Shown here: in pieces, positions 25,726 through 33,851 of the stretch
Numbering within the stretch: position 1 is the stretch's first letter
Layout: the number at the start of each line of letters is the position of its first letter
IMG/VR virus record: IMGVR_UViG_3300023283_000166
Coordinates: 1 to 33,851 of that record
Source: a virus
Lineage: Duplodnaviria; Caudoviricetes
Length of the DNA stretch: 33,851 nt
Strand: one strand, 5' to 3'
Notes under the pieces: model-generated
The model's input: the letters and a program-made list of their open reading frames with translations, nothing else
Databases searched by the model: none
What the model was told of the DNA's origin: nothing
Position numbers and translations under genes: made by a program

Positions 25726-27003
25726 TTAGTTAGTCCGGGGCTTCCAATTGGCTCCGAGGGACGTTCCCGCAAACATGCGCCGCTCCCGCTCCGTAGACGG
25801 CGCGAGATCAGAGTTATTCTCCTGACGCGTGACGAGGTCCGCGTCTTTGATGACGCGCTCGCCCGGCGTAGCGCGGCCCGCCGGAATCGTTTCAAGGGTA
25901 GCCTTGAAGGTGTTCAGATCAAGCTCCCCCGCTTCTAGCGATTTACGAATATCACCCAGCCGCGCCGCAGGTAGCTTGGCCTTCGCGTCGTGCATCACTG
26001 CGTCAATCTGGGCCGACACCGCCGCCCGGCGATAGGTTTCCAGTTTAGCACTCGCAGCCGACAAATCGGCCTTAATGTCTTCTATTTGGGCGTGCGCGGC
26101 CTTTAGGCTAGACGTAAGAAACTGCACTCGCCGCTCGGCACTTTCTTCGGCGCGGACCATGTCCATGATTTCGTCGAGAGAAGAAACTCCGTCCGCGAGA
26201 CCATTCTGAACCGCGTCAGATCCCGTTGACACACTACCGTCTGCCATTTCTGTTACCTGTTCGATTGTCATTCGTCTGTTAAGCGCTACGTCTTGTACAA
26301 ATTGGGCATGAAACTTGTCTACGGCGTGTTGTATTGCTTGTATTGATTCGTCGTCGATAGGTTCCAAAGGGTTCGGCTTTGCCTTTCTGGGTACACTTCT
26401 AACGATGGTAAAACGTTCCTGCTCTTCTTCCGGAAGCTCTTCCAGAATCTGCAAAACGCCGATAGAGCCGATGCTCGCGGTCGGCGTCACGAAGACGCGA
26501 TCTGCCGCCGATCCGATGTAGTAGGCGGCTGAGTTCATATTGTTATGGGCGAGCGAAATGACGCGCTTTTTCTCCCGCGCCGACCGAATGGCCGCAGCCG
26601 CAATGCTGAGCCCGTGCACCGAACCGCCGTTGCTATCTATGTCCAATAAGATCGTGTGAATATCTTGGCGGTCTGCCAGTTCGTTGATGGCCCGCGTTAG
26701 CATTTCGGCGGACGTGCCCCCGGAAAACGACATAAACATGTTCATCCGTCCGGCAATCACGCCGGACACCGGCACAACGGCAATGCCATCTTCAATTACC
26801 ACTTCGGACGATCCGCCGGGGCCGGTCCGCAGGGGAGAGCCGTCTTCCTCTTCGTGCCGACGCGCCAACCATTCATTCCTCAATTCGGGAATCCGCTCTG
26901 CTGAAATGGCGTTGGCAACCGAAAGGATCTGCTCGCCTTGGGCGTCGGATGACGCCCAGATCGACCCTTCGCTCTGCAAAAAAGATAGTACGTTTTTGTG
27001 CAT
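25726..27003 (-). CDS. S49 (SppA/ClpP-like) prohead protease with C-terminal scaffold-like region
   Basis: LDIDSNGG, SAAYYIGSAAD, GSIGV and GLADGV; helical C-terminus. Confidence 0.92.
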   Translation of the reverse strand: MHKNVLSFLQSEGSIWASSDAQGEQILSVANAISAERIPELRNEWLARRHEEEDGSPLRTGPGGSSEVVIEDGIAVVPVSGVIAGRMNMFMSFSGGTSAEMLTRAINELADRQDIHTILLDIDSNGGSVHGLSIAAAAIRSAREKKRVISLAHNNMNSAAYYIGSAADRVFVTPTASIGSIGVLQILEELPEEEQERFTIVRSVPRKAKPNPLEPIDDESIQAIQHAVDKFHAQFVQDVALNRRMTIEQVTEMADGSVSTGSDAVQNGLADGVSSLDEIMDMVRAEESAERRVQFLTSSLKAAHAQIEDIKADLSAASAKLETYRRAAVSAQIDAVMHDAKAKLPAARLGDIRKSLEAGELDLNTFKATLETIPAGRATPGERVIKDADLVTRQENNSDLAPSTERERRMFAGTSLGANWKPRTN

Positions 27004-27007
27004 CGTG

Positions 27008-27280
27008 CTACTGGAAAGCGATCATATTGGTTGCCGTCGTGCCCGTGGCGTGAATTCTAGAAAACGCAACGTCCAGCATAGTTCCCGCCGGCACGGACGT
27101 GAGCGTGACCGGCGTGCCGGCGTTGCCATGAACCCGTCCCGTAATATCGCCCGCGCCGCCGACGTAAACGCGCCTCACTAAAAAATCGAAATCAGTGTTG
27201 TCGTCCGGCGTGACGGCGGCGGGCGTGTGTGCCGGCGCGTCTGCCAGCCCCAAAAAGCGACGTAGGCGAGATAAATTCAT
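27008..27280 (-). CDS. Head spike base protein, RcGTA Rcc01079-like, paralog 2
   Basis: AVTPDD.TD..RRVYVGGAGD..VPAG..RIHATGTTATNMIA. Confidence 0.75.
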   Translation of the reverse strand: MNLSRLRRFLGLADAPAHTPAAVTPDDNTDFDFLVRRVYVGGAGDITGRVHGNAGTPVTLTSVPAGTMLDVAFSRIHATGTTATNMIAFQ

Positions 27281-27564
27281 CGTAACCCGATTATGTCGGT
27301 AGCGGTAGTGTTTGTTTGAGCTACGCGCCTGGCTGCCACCGGCAGCAGCGCGGGAGCCTCACAGCGAAACCTGAACATATTTTCGTTGCCCCAGACGATA
27401 CAGGCAACAACAACGGTCCCTATGTCATTAATCCACAGCGCCCTCGGAAGAAAGTCCAAATCGTTATTATCGTCGGGCGTAATGGCGACCGGCGAGTGAT
27501 AAGGCTCGGATTCGTCGCCGTCCAAAATGCGCCGCAATTTGATTTCTTCTGCGTCGGATATCAT
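27277..27564 (-). CDS. Head spike base protein, RcGTA Rcc01079-like, paralog 1
   Basis: AITPDD.NDL..PRALWI..LPVAARRVAQTNTTATDIIGL. Confidence 0.7.
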   Translation of the reverse strand: MISDAEEIKLRRILDGDESEPYHSPVAITPDDNNDLDFLPRALWINDIGTVVVACIVWGNENMFRFRCEAPALLPVAARRVAQTNTTATDIIGLR

Positions 27565-28049
27565 GGCGTTTCCGGATCAAGCTGCACGACCGGCTTCAGT
27601 AGAAGCCTCAGCGTGTGAACACTGAGGCCCGGTATATGCAATTCGCGCTCTATGCTGTCGCTCTGGAAAAACGAATTGCTGTTTGTCGCCGCCACATTTT
27701 CAAATTCTTGCCCCACTATCGCCTTGCGGGCGCGGTGCGCGAGCACGTAAGAGTTTATCCATTGCTCGGCCTGAGACGAGCGATTAGACGAACAGGCGTA
27801 TACCAGAATGATAATTTCGTCTCTGGGCATACGTTGAGTAGAATCGCCTTGTTCCGGCAAATCCTGAATCAACTCTATATCGTACAGCAGGGTCGGGTAC
27901 TGAGAGACCTGAGCGACCAGTTCGCGTAGGGTTTCTTCGCTCAAGAACTCGCCCGCGTAGTGCCCGATGACGATGTTTGACGCATCTGTCAGATTGGCCT
28001 TCAGGAGCGCGTCCACCCTGTCCGTCACGGTCTGCGGATATTCCGCCAT
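27561..28049 (-). CDS. Tail completion/terminator protein (Mu gp37-like)
   Basis: YAGEF, YP.LL and a beta-rich C-terminus; follows the gp36-like gene; AGGTGG SD before ATG 28049. Confidence 0.6.
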   Translation of the reverse strand: MAEYPQTVTDRVDALLKANLTDASNIVIGHYAGEFLSEETLRELVAQVSQYPTLLYDIELIQDLPEQGDSTQRMPRDEIIILVYACSSNRSSQAEQWINSYVLAHRARKAIVGQEFENVAATNSNSFFQSDSIERELHIPGLSVHTLRLLLKPVVQLDPETP

Positions 28050-28082
28050 TTTGTCCACCTACTATAAAGTTACCACTAGTAT
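28049..28082 (+). promoter_or_regulatory. 34-bp dispersed element, copy 2
   Basis: Exact match to 1376-1409. Confidence 0.85.
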
Positions 28083-28098
28083 ACTGGAAGGGCCTTTG

Positions 28099-28527
28099 TT
28101 AAAACACGTTTACGCCGAACAACTCGGCTTCGGTGTCTGTGTCGGCGGCATCGTCGAGTACGCTTTCATCGGCCAGGGGGTCAATCTCACCACTGCGAAC
28201 CCCTTCCAGCCAATCCTTCGCGCTATTATACTCTTCCAGCACACTTTCGGGCGTGGGCCCAGAGCGGCGAAGGTACAGGTACCACTTGGCGACCGAGAGG
28301 ATTGCGCCGATATATGCATCCGACGGGTTGGTCAGGGGCACTGTCCGGAGTTTGCGGGCGTACGAGTCCGCGAACGCCTCGGCGCGGTTCAGTACGGACA
28401 AAAGGATCGCCGTGTCCGGCACGGTAGCGTTGGGGTCGTTGTCTACGGACAGCTTAGCCTGCTCCAATTGAGACAGCGAGGGATTCAGGGCCGTCGCTTC
28501 TTCTAGGGCGTATCTCGTGGTTGCCAT
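28099..28527 (-). CDS. Head-tail adaptor, Mu gp36/DUF1320-like
   Basis: A..FADSY..VPL, VAKWYLYLRR and YNSAKDWLEGVRSGEI. Confidence 0.85.
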   Translation of the reverse strand: MATTRYALEEATALNPSLSQLEQAKLSVDNDPNATVPDTAILLSVLNRAEAFADSYARKLRTVPLTNPSDAYIGAILSVAKWYLYLRRSGPTPESVLEEYNSAKDWLEGVRSGEIDPLADESVLDDAADTDTEAELFGVNVF

Positions 28528-28606
28528 AATCTGAACATTTTACGTGGACGGTACGTTGGATATGAACAATCAGGCGTCCGTTTTTGTTCTCCAAAAATAG
28601 CACGAG

Positions 28607-30037
28607 ATGGCCACGAGAGTTATAGGGCGCTTCGCCCCTAGAGCCGTACCTGCGGCTCCCCCGGATTTTGATCGCTTTATCATCCCCCAGGACGGGTTCA
28701 CTGACCGGTTAGGGATAATCCCGTCGAGTATCACGCCGTCGCGGATGAATAGCATCCGTCAAAAGGCGGCGGACGGCGACCTGGGCGATTTATACGAGCT
28801 TTATCTGAAAATGATCGCCACGGATGCCCGCATAGGGGGCATCGTGGGATCGCTCAAGTCCGCTATTGCCGGTATTCCGCTCAAGGTCGTTGCGGGCAAA
28901 GGCACGAATGCGTCAGAGCGTCGCCTTGCTGAAGACTACAAGCTGTTGACCGAGGAAGCGCTGCACGCCATTGATGAGCATTCCTTCATCAGCGATCTGT
29001 TCACGGCTTACGTCATGGGGGTTCGCGTGATGCAGATGACGTGGACCATAGAGGAATTCCCGCGTGGACGGTTTATCGCACTGCCGACGCAACCCAAGCC
29101 CATTCCGGGCGCCGCGCTGTGTATGGAATCGACCATGCTCAGCGAACGATATGGGGAACTGAAAATCAGGACTATCAAGGCGCCCCAAGGCGTCTTTGTA
29201 TCGGACCTCGACCCGCGCCGGATATTCGTGGTAGAGGATGGCCATGCCAGGGGCTTCTATGACACGAAGGGAGCACTCCGTCGTGTCCTGGGGTGGTGGA
29301 TTCTGAAAATGTACGCCCAGTTGTGGTGGGCCGAATTCGCAGAAATGCACGGTCAGCCCATTCGCGTCGGGCGGTACAACCCCGAAGCGGGATCCAAGGA
29401 GCGGACGGAACTCCGAAGCTTCTTGAAGGCCGTTGGCCGAAACAAATGGGGTATTTTTCCCACAGGCGTCGATGTTCAATTGCTGGAAAGCAACATGAAC
29501 GGCCAAAATATGACGTTCCGTGATATTATCAACATGGCGAACAACGAAATAGCCGTCGCGTTGGCTGGCCAGACCGGCATCACAACCGATTCCGCTCAGG
29601 GGTCCCGGTCGAAATTGGAAGTTTTGTCTGATATACGCCACGAGATCAAGGTAGAAATCGCCGCACTCATTTCTAAGGGCCTTTCCAAGTTTGTTGCGGC
29701 GCTATTATGGACGAACTACGGCCCGGGCTACGTAAAGCGTCTGGCACCAAGAGCTAAGCCGCTTGTTGTCCGGGACGAGAGTATCACCGAGAAGGTGGCC
29801 TACTACAGTTCGCTCGCGGCCACGGGCTTCCCGGTGCCCGCACGCGAAATCTCTGACCAAACTGGCATTCCAATTGCCGAGGAAGGTGAGCTAGTATTGA
29901 CTGATAAGGGCGTCGTCGTATTTGACGGCTTCAATGTGACCGGCGACGCCCTTACAAGCGACCAGGACGACGCACCCACAGAAGAAACCGATGGCGAGCA
30001 AGGTAGAGATAACGGCGAGACCGACCGTTCAGGTTAA
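28607..30037 (+). CDS. Portal protein, Mu gp29/DUF935-like
   Basis: ADGDL..YEL..M..DARI, WAEFAEMHGQPIRVGRY and EIAVALAGQT. Confidence 0.9.
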   Translation: MATRVIGRFAPRAVPAAPPDFDRFIIPQDGFTDRLGIIPSSITPSRMNSIRQKAADGDLGDLYELYLKMIATDARIGGIVGSLKSAIAGIPLKVVAGKGTNASERRLAEDYKLLTEEALHAIDEHSFISDLFTAYVMGVRVMQMTWTIEEFPRGRFIALPTQPKPIPGAALCMESTMLSERYGELKIRTIKAPQGVFVSDLDPRRIFVVEDGHARGFYDTKGALRRVLGWWILKMYAQLWWAEFAEMHGQPIRVGRYNPEAGSKERTELRSFLKAVGRNKWGIFPTGVDVQLLESNMNGQNMTFRDIINMANNEIAVALAGQTGITTDSAQGSRSKLEVLSDIRHEIKVEIAALISKGLSKFVAALLWTNYGPGYVKRLAPRAKPLVVRDESITEKVAYYSSLAATGFPVPAREISDQTGIPIAEEGELVLTDKGVVVFDGFNVTGDALTSDQDDAPTEETDGEQGRDNGETDRSG

Positions 30038-30488
30038 AAAGGATCTCTTTCCGCTCGGCGTGCGTCGTCGGGCAGCCAAGGCCGGATCCAGAGAGGCCGT
30101 TCGCATCATAAGGGAGCGCACCCTTCGGGGCGTATTCGCCGCTCAGGGGTCGTCCGGTAGCCGCGCCCGGCGATATAACCCGGATTACGCCCGGCGCGTA
30201 GGCAAAGGCCCCGGCGGACCGGTTAACTTGTTCGTGACGGGGGATCTACATAACTCCATCTTCGGGACATTTTTCTTCGGCAGCCGGGGGGCGCGGGCGC
30301 GTCAGGTTGAATTATTTGCGCGGGTGAAGGGTTCGTCCGCGCAGCAGAAAAAGCGTTGGTTGCAAGACATGGGAGCCGGGAGAAACCGCATCAAGCGGCG
30401 CTTCATGTATTTCACAAAGGCCGAAGGCAGGCGTATCGTGAATGTCATGCTGCGCGCTATCAGCACCGACCCCGGTACGTCGAAATAA
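29991..30488 (+). CDS. Virion morphogenesis (neck) protein
   Basis: Basic protein with VNLFVTGDLHNSI and IKRRFM; directly after the portal. Confidence 0.65.
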   Translation: MASKVEITARPTVQVKKDLFPLGVRRRAAKAGSREAVRIIRERTLRGVFAAQGSSGSRARRYNPDYARRVGKGPGGPVNLFVTGDLHNSIFGTFFFGSRGARARQVELFARVKGSSAQQKKRWLQDMGAGRNRIKRRFMYFTKAEGRRIVNVMLRAISTDPGTSK

Positions 30489-30490
30489 CT

Positions 30491-32278
30491 CTAAAAGGCG
30501 AATCCGGCCCGCTCGCTGAGCCATTCGCGGGCTTCTCCCTTCGCGTCCCGGTCGGCTCGCGCTTCTCCCTTCGCTTCCGGCTCGGACGCATACTCGGTCG
30601 AATGCGTCCCGTTATCATGCCACCATAATACGTATTTTACTGTATCGCAGAAGTGCGACCGGGGCGCGGACTTGTCGTCCTTGCGCTCGTTGGACAAGTC
30701 TATGGCGCCGTTTGGTAGATATGACAGGCTTGCTATCGCGTTTGCCGCGCCGCCCGATTCGAGCTTTGATTTTGGCAAGAAACACACGTGCGCCCTGCGT
30801 AGCCCGTCCATCAAAAGCCGGTTCGCGTTGTTGATCGCGTCCCTGTTGGGCGGATTGGAGTACCGCGTGACTCCCTTTCTAACGTCAAGATTTGAAATCA
30901 GGCCCCTGATTACGATTGGGTTTACAAAATTGCGTGCGGCCCTCGCAATGATCTGCCAATCCGTAGCCTCTGCGGAAGACTGCATCCGGTTGGCCGTCGC
31001 ATCGCCGAGCAGTATGACGCGGGTTCCGTGTTCGGAGTAGTCGTCTACTATTTGCTCCATCAAACCCCGCGTGCCGCCCGACCACACTTCGTATTCATCG
31101 ACCTGAGCCAGTACGATTCGGTCCGGCGGATAAATTTCTTCCAACTCGCTTCGGGTCACGTGATGCTTGCCCGGCGTACGCAGTCTGTAAAACGTATGCC
31201 CGTCCTCGGTGTAGAAATTATCCCAGTCGTCGCTCCAAGGCTTACGTTGCCAGACGGTGCACGTCATCGGGAAAACGTTGAAGTCGACGGAGAAGACTAG
31301 CGCCTTGCGGGAATCGTACTCGCAGAGCATTTGCGACATCACCCCCCTTTGATGAACGTCGCTATCGTAGGCGTAGTAAACCCTGTTCGTTTTTACGCTT
31401 CCCCTTTTACCATAGACCAGCCGTGCGGCCTCATCCGCGCTCATGCTGGCGAGGTTGCGGTGAATGTAGTTTATTCCGACGTTGTGCTCGTTCTCGAAGA
31501 CGGAAAATTCATACATGATTCCGTCGGTCACCGCAACGACGGGTTCGCCCGTCGGCTTGATTATCTCCGTCCTGATGGCCCCCTCGTATTTATCTTCCTC
31601 AACGAACCCCAGAGCCGGTAGAAGTGAGTATTGCCAGTGCCCTTCGGGTGCAGACATGCCGGCAACGAAGCAAGCGTTATCGCCAAATTGGCCCCGGTTG
31701 CGTGACCACACAACATTGAACTGAGATTTCGCCGCCGACTGGATTTCTTCGCACCACAGCCAATCAAGTTCAATTCCTTCCAGCATTTCGACCGCGTCAA
31801 ACGACCTCACAAGCACATACGACGACATCCCGTCGTTCCAGCCCTTACCGTCGAGGTCTACGACGAAAACATTCGTCATGGGGCGACCGCGAATCTTCTT
31901 CTTGGTAAAGAACTCGATTTCATACCCCAGATTCCGGCACACCTTCATCAGAATGGGTCCGGCGTTGTCCTTGGCCTGTGGATACGTGTTCGATATAACG
32001 CAACCGATTGACCCGACGTAAACCTGTGATTGATGCATCGCAAAGGCGGCGCCGAAGTGTGTTTTTGCGCCCCCTTTCGCGGCCAGCATCGCAATCAGGG
32101 GACCCACTCCGGTTCGCTCCTTCAAAAACTTCCACGCCTTAAGCTGCGTCTTCGTCGCCTTTTCGCGGACGCCGTACGGCGGAAGCAGCGCGTCTCTGTA
32201 CTCGAGGGTGACCTCGGATTCAACTTGGTCAAACATCTCTTGGATGTTGACGCCAGAGAACAAATCGTTCTTCGTCAT
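30491..32278 (-). CDS. terL: Terminase large subunit
   Basis: Walker A-like AAKGGAKT, Walker B LEGIELDWLWCEE, nuclease SVDFN, GDAT and HFCDTVKY. Confidence 0.88.
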   Translation of the reverse strand: MTKNDLFSGVNIQEMFDQVESEVTLEYRDALLPPYGVREKATKTQLKAWKFLKERTGVGPLIAMLAAKGGAKTHFGAAFAMHQSQVYVGSIGCVISNTYPQAKDNAGPILMKVCRNLGYEIEFFTKKKIRGRPMTNVFVVDLDGKGWNDGMSSYVLVRSFDAVEMLEGIELDWLWCEEIQSAAKSQFNVVWSRNRGQFGDNACFVAGMSAPEGHWQYSLLPALGFVEEDKYEGAIRTEIIKPTGEPVVAVTDGIMYEFSVFENEHNVGINYIHRNLASMSADEAARLVYGKRGSVKTNRVYYAYDSDVHQRGVMSQMLCEYDSRKALVFSVDFNVFPMTCTVWQRKPWSDDWDNFYTEDGHTFYRLRTPGKHHVTRSELEEIYPPDRIVLAQVDEYEVWSGGTRGLMEQIVDDYSEHGTRVILLGDATANRMQSSAEATDWQIIARAARNFVNPIVIRGLISNLDVRKGVTRYSNPPNRDAINNANRLLMDGLRRAHVCFLPKSKLESGGAANAIASLSYLPNGAIDLSNERKDDKSAPRSHFCDTVKYVLWWHDNGTHSTEYASEPEAKGEARADRDAKGEAREWLSERAGFAF

Positions 32279-32363
32279 ATCTCACCGCCCCGTTACCGCG
32301 TGTTCCCCACACCCCGCGCCCCCGGCCCAGTCCCCCGTGCGCGGAATCCACCGGCCCCGTATA

Positions 32364-32398
32364 TATCCAGTGGTAACGTTTATAGTAGGTGGAGAAAA
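32364..32398 (-). promoter_or_regulatory. 34-bp dispersed element, diverged copy 3
   Basis: Minus strand TTTTCTCCACCTACTATAAACGTTACCACTGGATA (1-nt insertion, few mismatches), between terS and terL. Confidence 0.8.
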
Positions 32399-32425
32399 AT
32401 CGGTTGTATTAAGATTTCGTGAACT

Positions 32426-32441
32426 TGTAACCACAGTTACA
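32426..32441. promoter_or_regulatory. Palindrome TGTAAC-N4-GTTACA (TGT-N10-ACA)
   Basis: Perfect intergenic dyad. Confidence 0.55.
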
Positions 32442-32461
32442 TGTAATCGCGGGTACACCCC

Positions 32462-33124
32462 CTAGTGCTCGTCATTCGTCATAATTTCATATTCCGCATC
32501 TTCGGCGTCTACCACGTGGGGCACATCGTGCGCGTCTACATCTTCAACGACTTCTGCGGGCAATCTGTGCCGGTCCCGGTTCGGAATCATCCCGATTTCC
32601 TTTTCGCCCGTCTCCTGAAGCGCGATGAAATCCGACTTTATCAGCGCGATTAGGTTGGGGTGGTTTCTCAGCCTGTGGACGATGATTTCCAGCATCCGCC
32701 GAATCATCGTCTGCTGCCACATCAGCCGATCCGCGTTCTGGTTGTCCAGCCGCATGAACATCATGAGCAGCTTTTCAATGTCGCCGAACTTGGCTTCGCC
32801 CGCCCCGGCCAGCAGCCGGTCCCGCAATTGATCGAACAGCGCCCGCACGTCGTCCTTGGCCCTGTCCAGAAAGTCAATCGTGTCTTGCTCGTACCGGATT
32901 ATCGCCCGCTCCCTAACGTCCCTAGCTATCTGTTCTTCTTTTTGCTGAACGTATTCGTCCCACCCCAGCCCGCCCGTGAGTTCGACCGGCACGCCCTCGG
33001 TTTTCCAGTCGTGCAACGTCTTTCGAGACGGCATATGCTCCATGCGCGCTATGCGGGACAGATTTTGTTCCTGCTCGTACAGCTTCAGGGCTTCGATTTG
33101 CGTTTCGAGCGTGTATCTGGGCAT
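32462..33124 (-). CDS. Probable terminase small subunit (N-terminal HTH)
   Basis: LSRIARMEHMPSRKTLHDWK helix-turn-helix, helical body, upstream of terL. Confidence 0.75.
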   Translation of the reverse strand: MPRYTLETQIEALKLYEQEQNLSRIARMEHMPSRKTLHDWKTEGVPVELTGGLGWDEYVQQKEEQIARDVRERAIIRYEQDTIDFLDRAKDDVRALFDQLRDRLLAGAGEAKFGDIEKLLMMFMRLDNQNADRLMWQQTMIRRMLEIIVHRLRNHPNLIALIKSDFIALQETGEKEIGMIPNRDRHRLPAEVVEDVDAHDVPHVVDAEDAEYEIMTNDEH

Positions 33125-33276
33125 TAAGGAACCCCCAAGAGGTGGTATGGAAACGGTTGTTCTGAAATTTTGGCCTTTTCTGCCGTTTTCCGGGGGTTAT
33201 TCCGGAGTTTGTGGGACCCCCGGACCGGAAAATGCACGAAAAGTTACAATTTCGCACTTCAAAACGACGGAATACA

Positions 33277-33292
33277 CGCAATTTTTGTTCCG
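33277..33292 (-). promoter_or_regulatory. Degenerate sigma-54 box facing terS
   Basis: Minus strand CGGAACA-AAAA-TTGCG. Confidence 0.4.
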
Positions 33293-33379
33293 AAAGGTTA
33301 CACATTTTGGAGAAAACCTTGCCGTCGTAGGGGGGGTCTATATCACCCACCCGGCCTACCCCCCATAGGAATCCGGCTT

Positions 33380-33468
33380 TTGGCACGGATTTTGCGGTGG
33401 GGGGTTTGGCACGGATGTTGCTGGGCCGGGCGCACGGTGCGGGGGCAAAAGTTGGCACGGTGTTTGTG
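33380..33468 (+). promoter_or_regulatory. Three tandem sigma-54 boxes
   Basis: TGGCACG-GATT-TTGCG (33381), TGGCACG-GATG-TTGCT (33407) and TGGCACG-GTGT-TTGTG (33453, one mismatch). Confidence 0.75.
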
Positions 33469-33538
33469 GTGGGAAGGCGCCCATCCAAACACCGCGCCAA
33501 ACTCGTTCGCCCGGCTGCGGGCGGCCCTGCGGCGGGCG

Positions 33539-33851
33539 GTCAGGCGGCGCGCCTCAGATATAGGTAGGCATGGACGCGATGGGCGTGCCGTCGTTATACA
33601 TGCACAGCCCGCGCCCAGTCATGTGTACTACTGCGTATCCCCAAGGGGCACAACCGCCGCGTTCGGCGAACGCGGAGAGGATCGTCTCTGCGTCTTCCAG
33701 ATTGTCGCAGAGTGCGACAATCCGTGGGTTATACCGCTCATAGCGTGCGTTGTAGTATTTTACTACGCCATATGGTTTAGTCATGGTCTTCGCCGTTTGT
33801 GTGTTTGAGTGAGTGTGTTGCATGACTGTAGTATCGTCCATTCCGCAAGCA
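33539..33851. repeat. Intact copy of the repeat at 680-937
   Basis: 313 bp versus 258 bp; the difference is the 55-bp segment 33663-33717. Confidence 0.95.
33554..33784 (-). CDS. Hypothetical protein, 76 aa
   Basis: MTKPYGVVKYYNARY...; start set at ATG 33784, downstream of the candidate promoter and CA-rich leader. Confidence 0.7.
   Translation of the reverse strand: MTKPYGVVKYYNARYERYNPRIVALCDNLEDAETILSAFAERGGCAPWGYAVVHMTGRGLCMYNDGTPIASMPTYI

Noticed and set aside
25726-26170. Internal in-frame scaffold start within the protease gene
   Set aside because: Met codons exist (MDMVRAEE) but there is no convincing SD; plausible but unsupported.
15817-29641. Many long antisense ORFs (e.g. 20734-21297, 22301-22876, 23919-24491, 28913-29641)
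   Set aside because: Shadows of well-supported genes in GC-rich DNA, with no motifs.
32300-32314. GTGTTCCCCACACCC resembling the start of a type I-E CRISPR repeat
   Set aside because: Single partial match without the complementary GGGG arm or AACCG end.
32922-33808. ORFs 32922-33500 and 33170-33808
   Set aside because: They overlap better-supported genes and the motif-dense control region, and have no protein-like motifs.
1-33851. tRNA, rRNA, integrase/att site, IS elements
   Set aside because: None recognised by eye; tRNAscan-SE and Infernal would be needed to exclude small RNAs.

Overview
The window looks like a complete ~33.85 kb tailed-phage genome (Caudoviricetes, probably siphovirus-like) that closes as a circle at 33851->1. 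The plus-strand arm (1610-14907) encodes recombination and replication: YqaJ exonuclease, SSB, Rad52/Sak annealase, SF2 helicase, several nucleases, a wHTH-AEP primase fusion, family B DNA polymerase and a DUF4406/dNTP-diphosphohydrolase fusion. It converges at a perfect bidirectional terminator (14920-14960) with a minus-strand virion arm: terminases, Mu-type head proteins, two head-spike-base paralogs, tail tube, a -1 frameshifting chaperone, tape measure, a beta-propeller tail tip and holin(s). The portal and neck pair is inverted within that arm. I recognised no integrase, transposase, repressor, partition ATPase, replicative helicase or endolysin. The most striking signal is non-coding. 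Five exact and four near-exact sigma-54 (-24/-12) boxes lie mostly on both sides of a small array of promoter/leader gene cassettes. Nearby are a 19-bp iteron-like array echoed 14 kb away, a 12-bp dyad array and a 34-bp element present three times. All family calls come from motif recognition by eye; no database searches were run.
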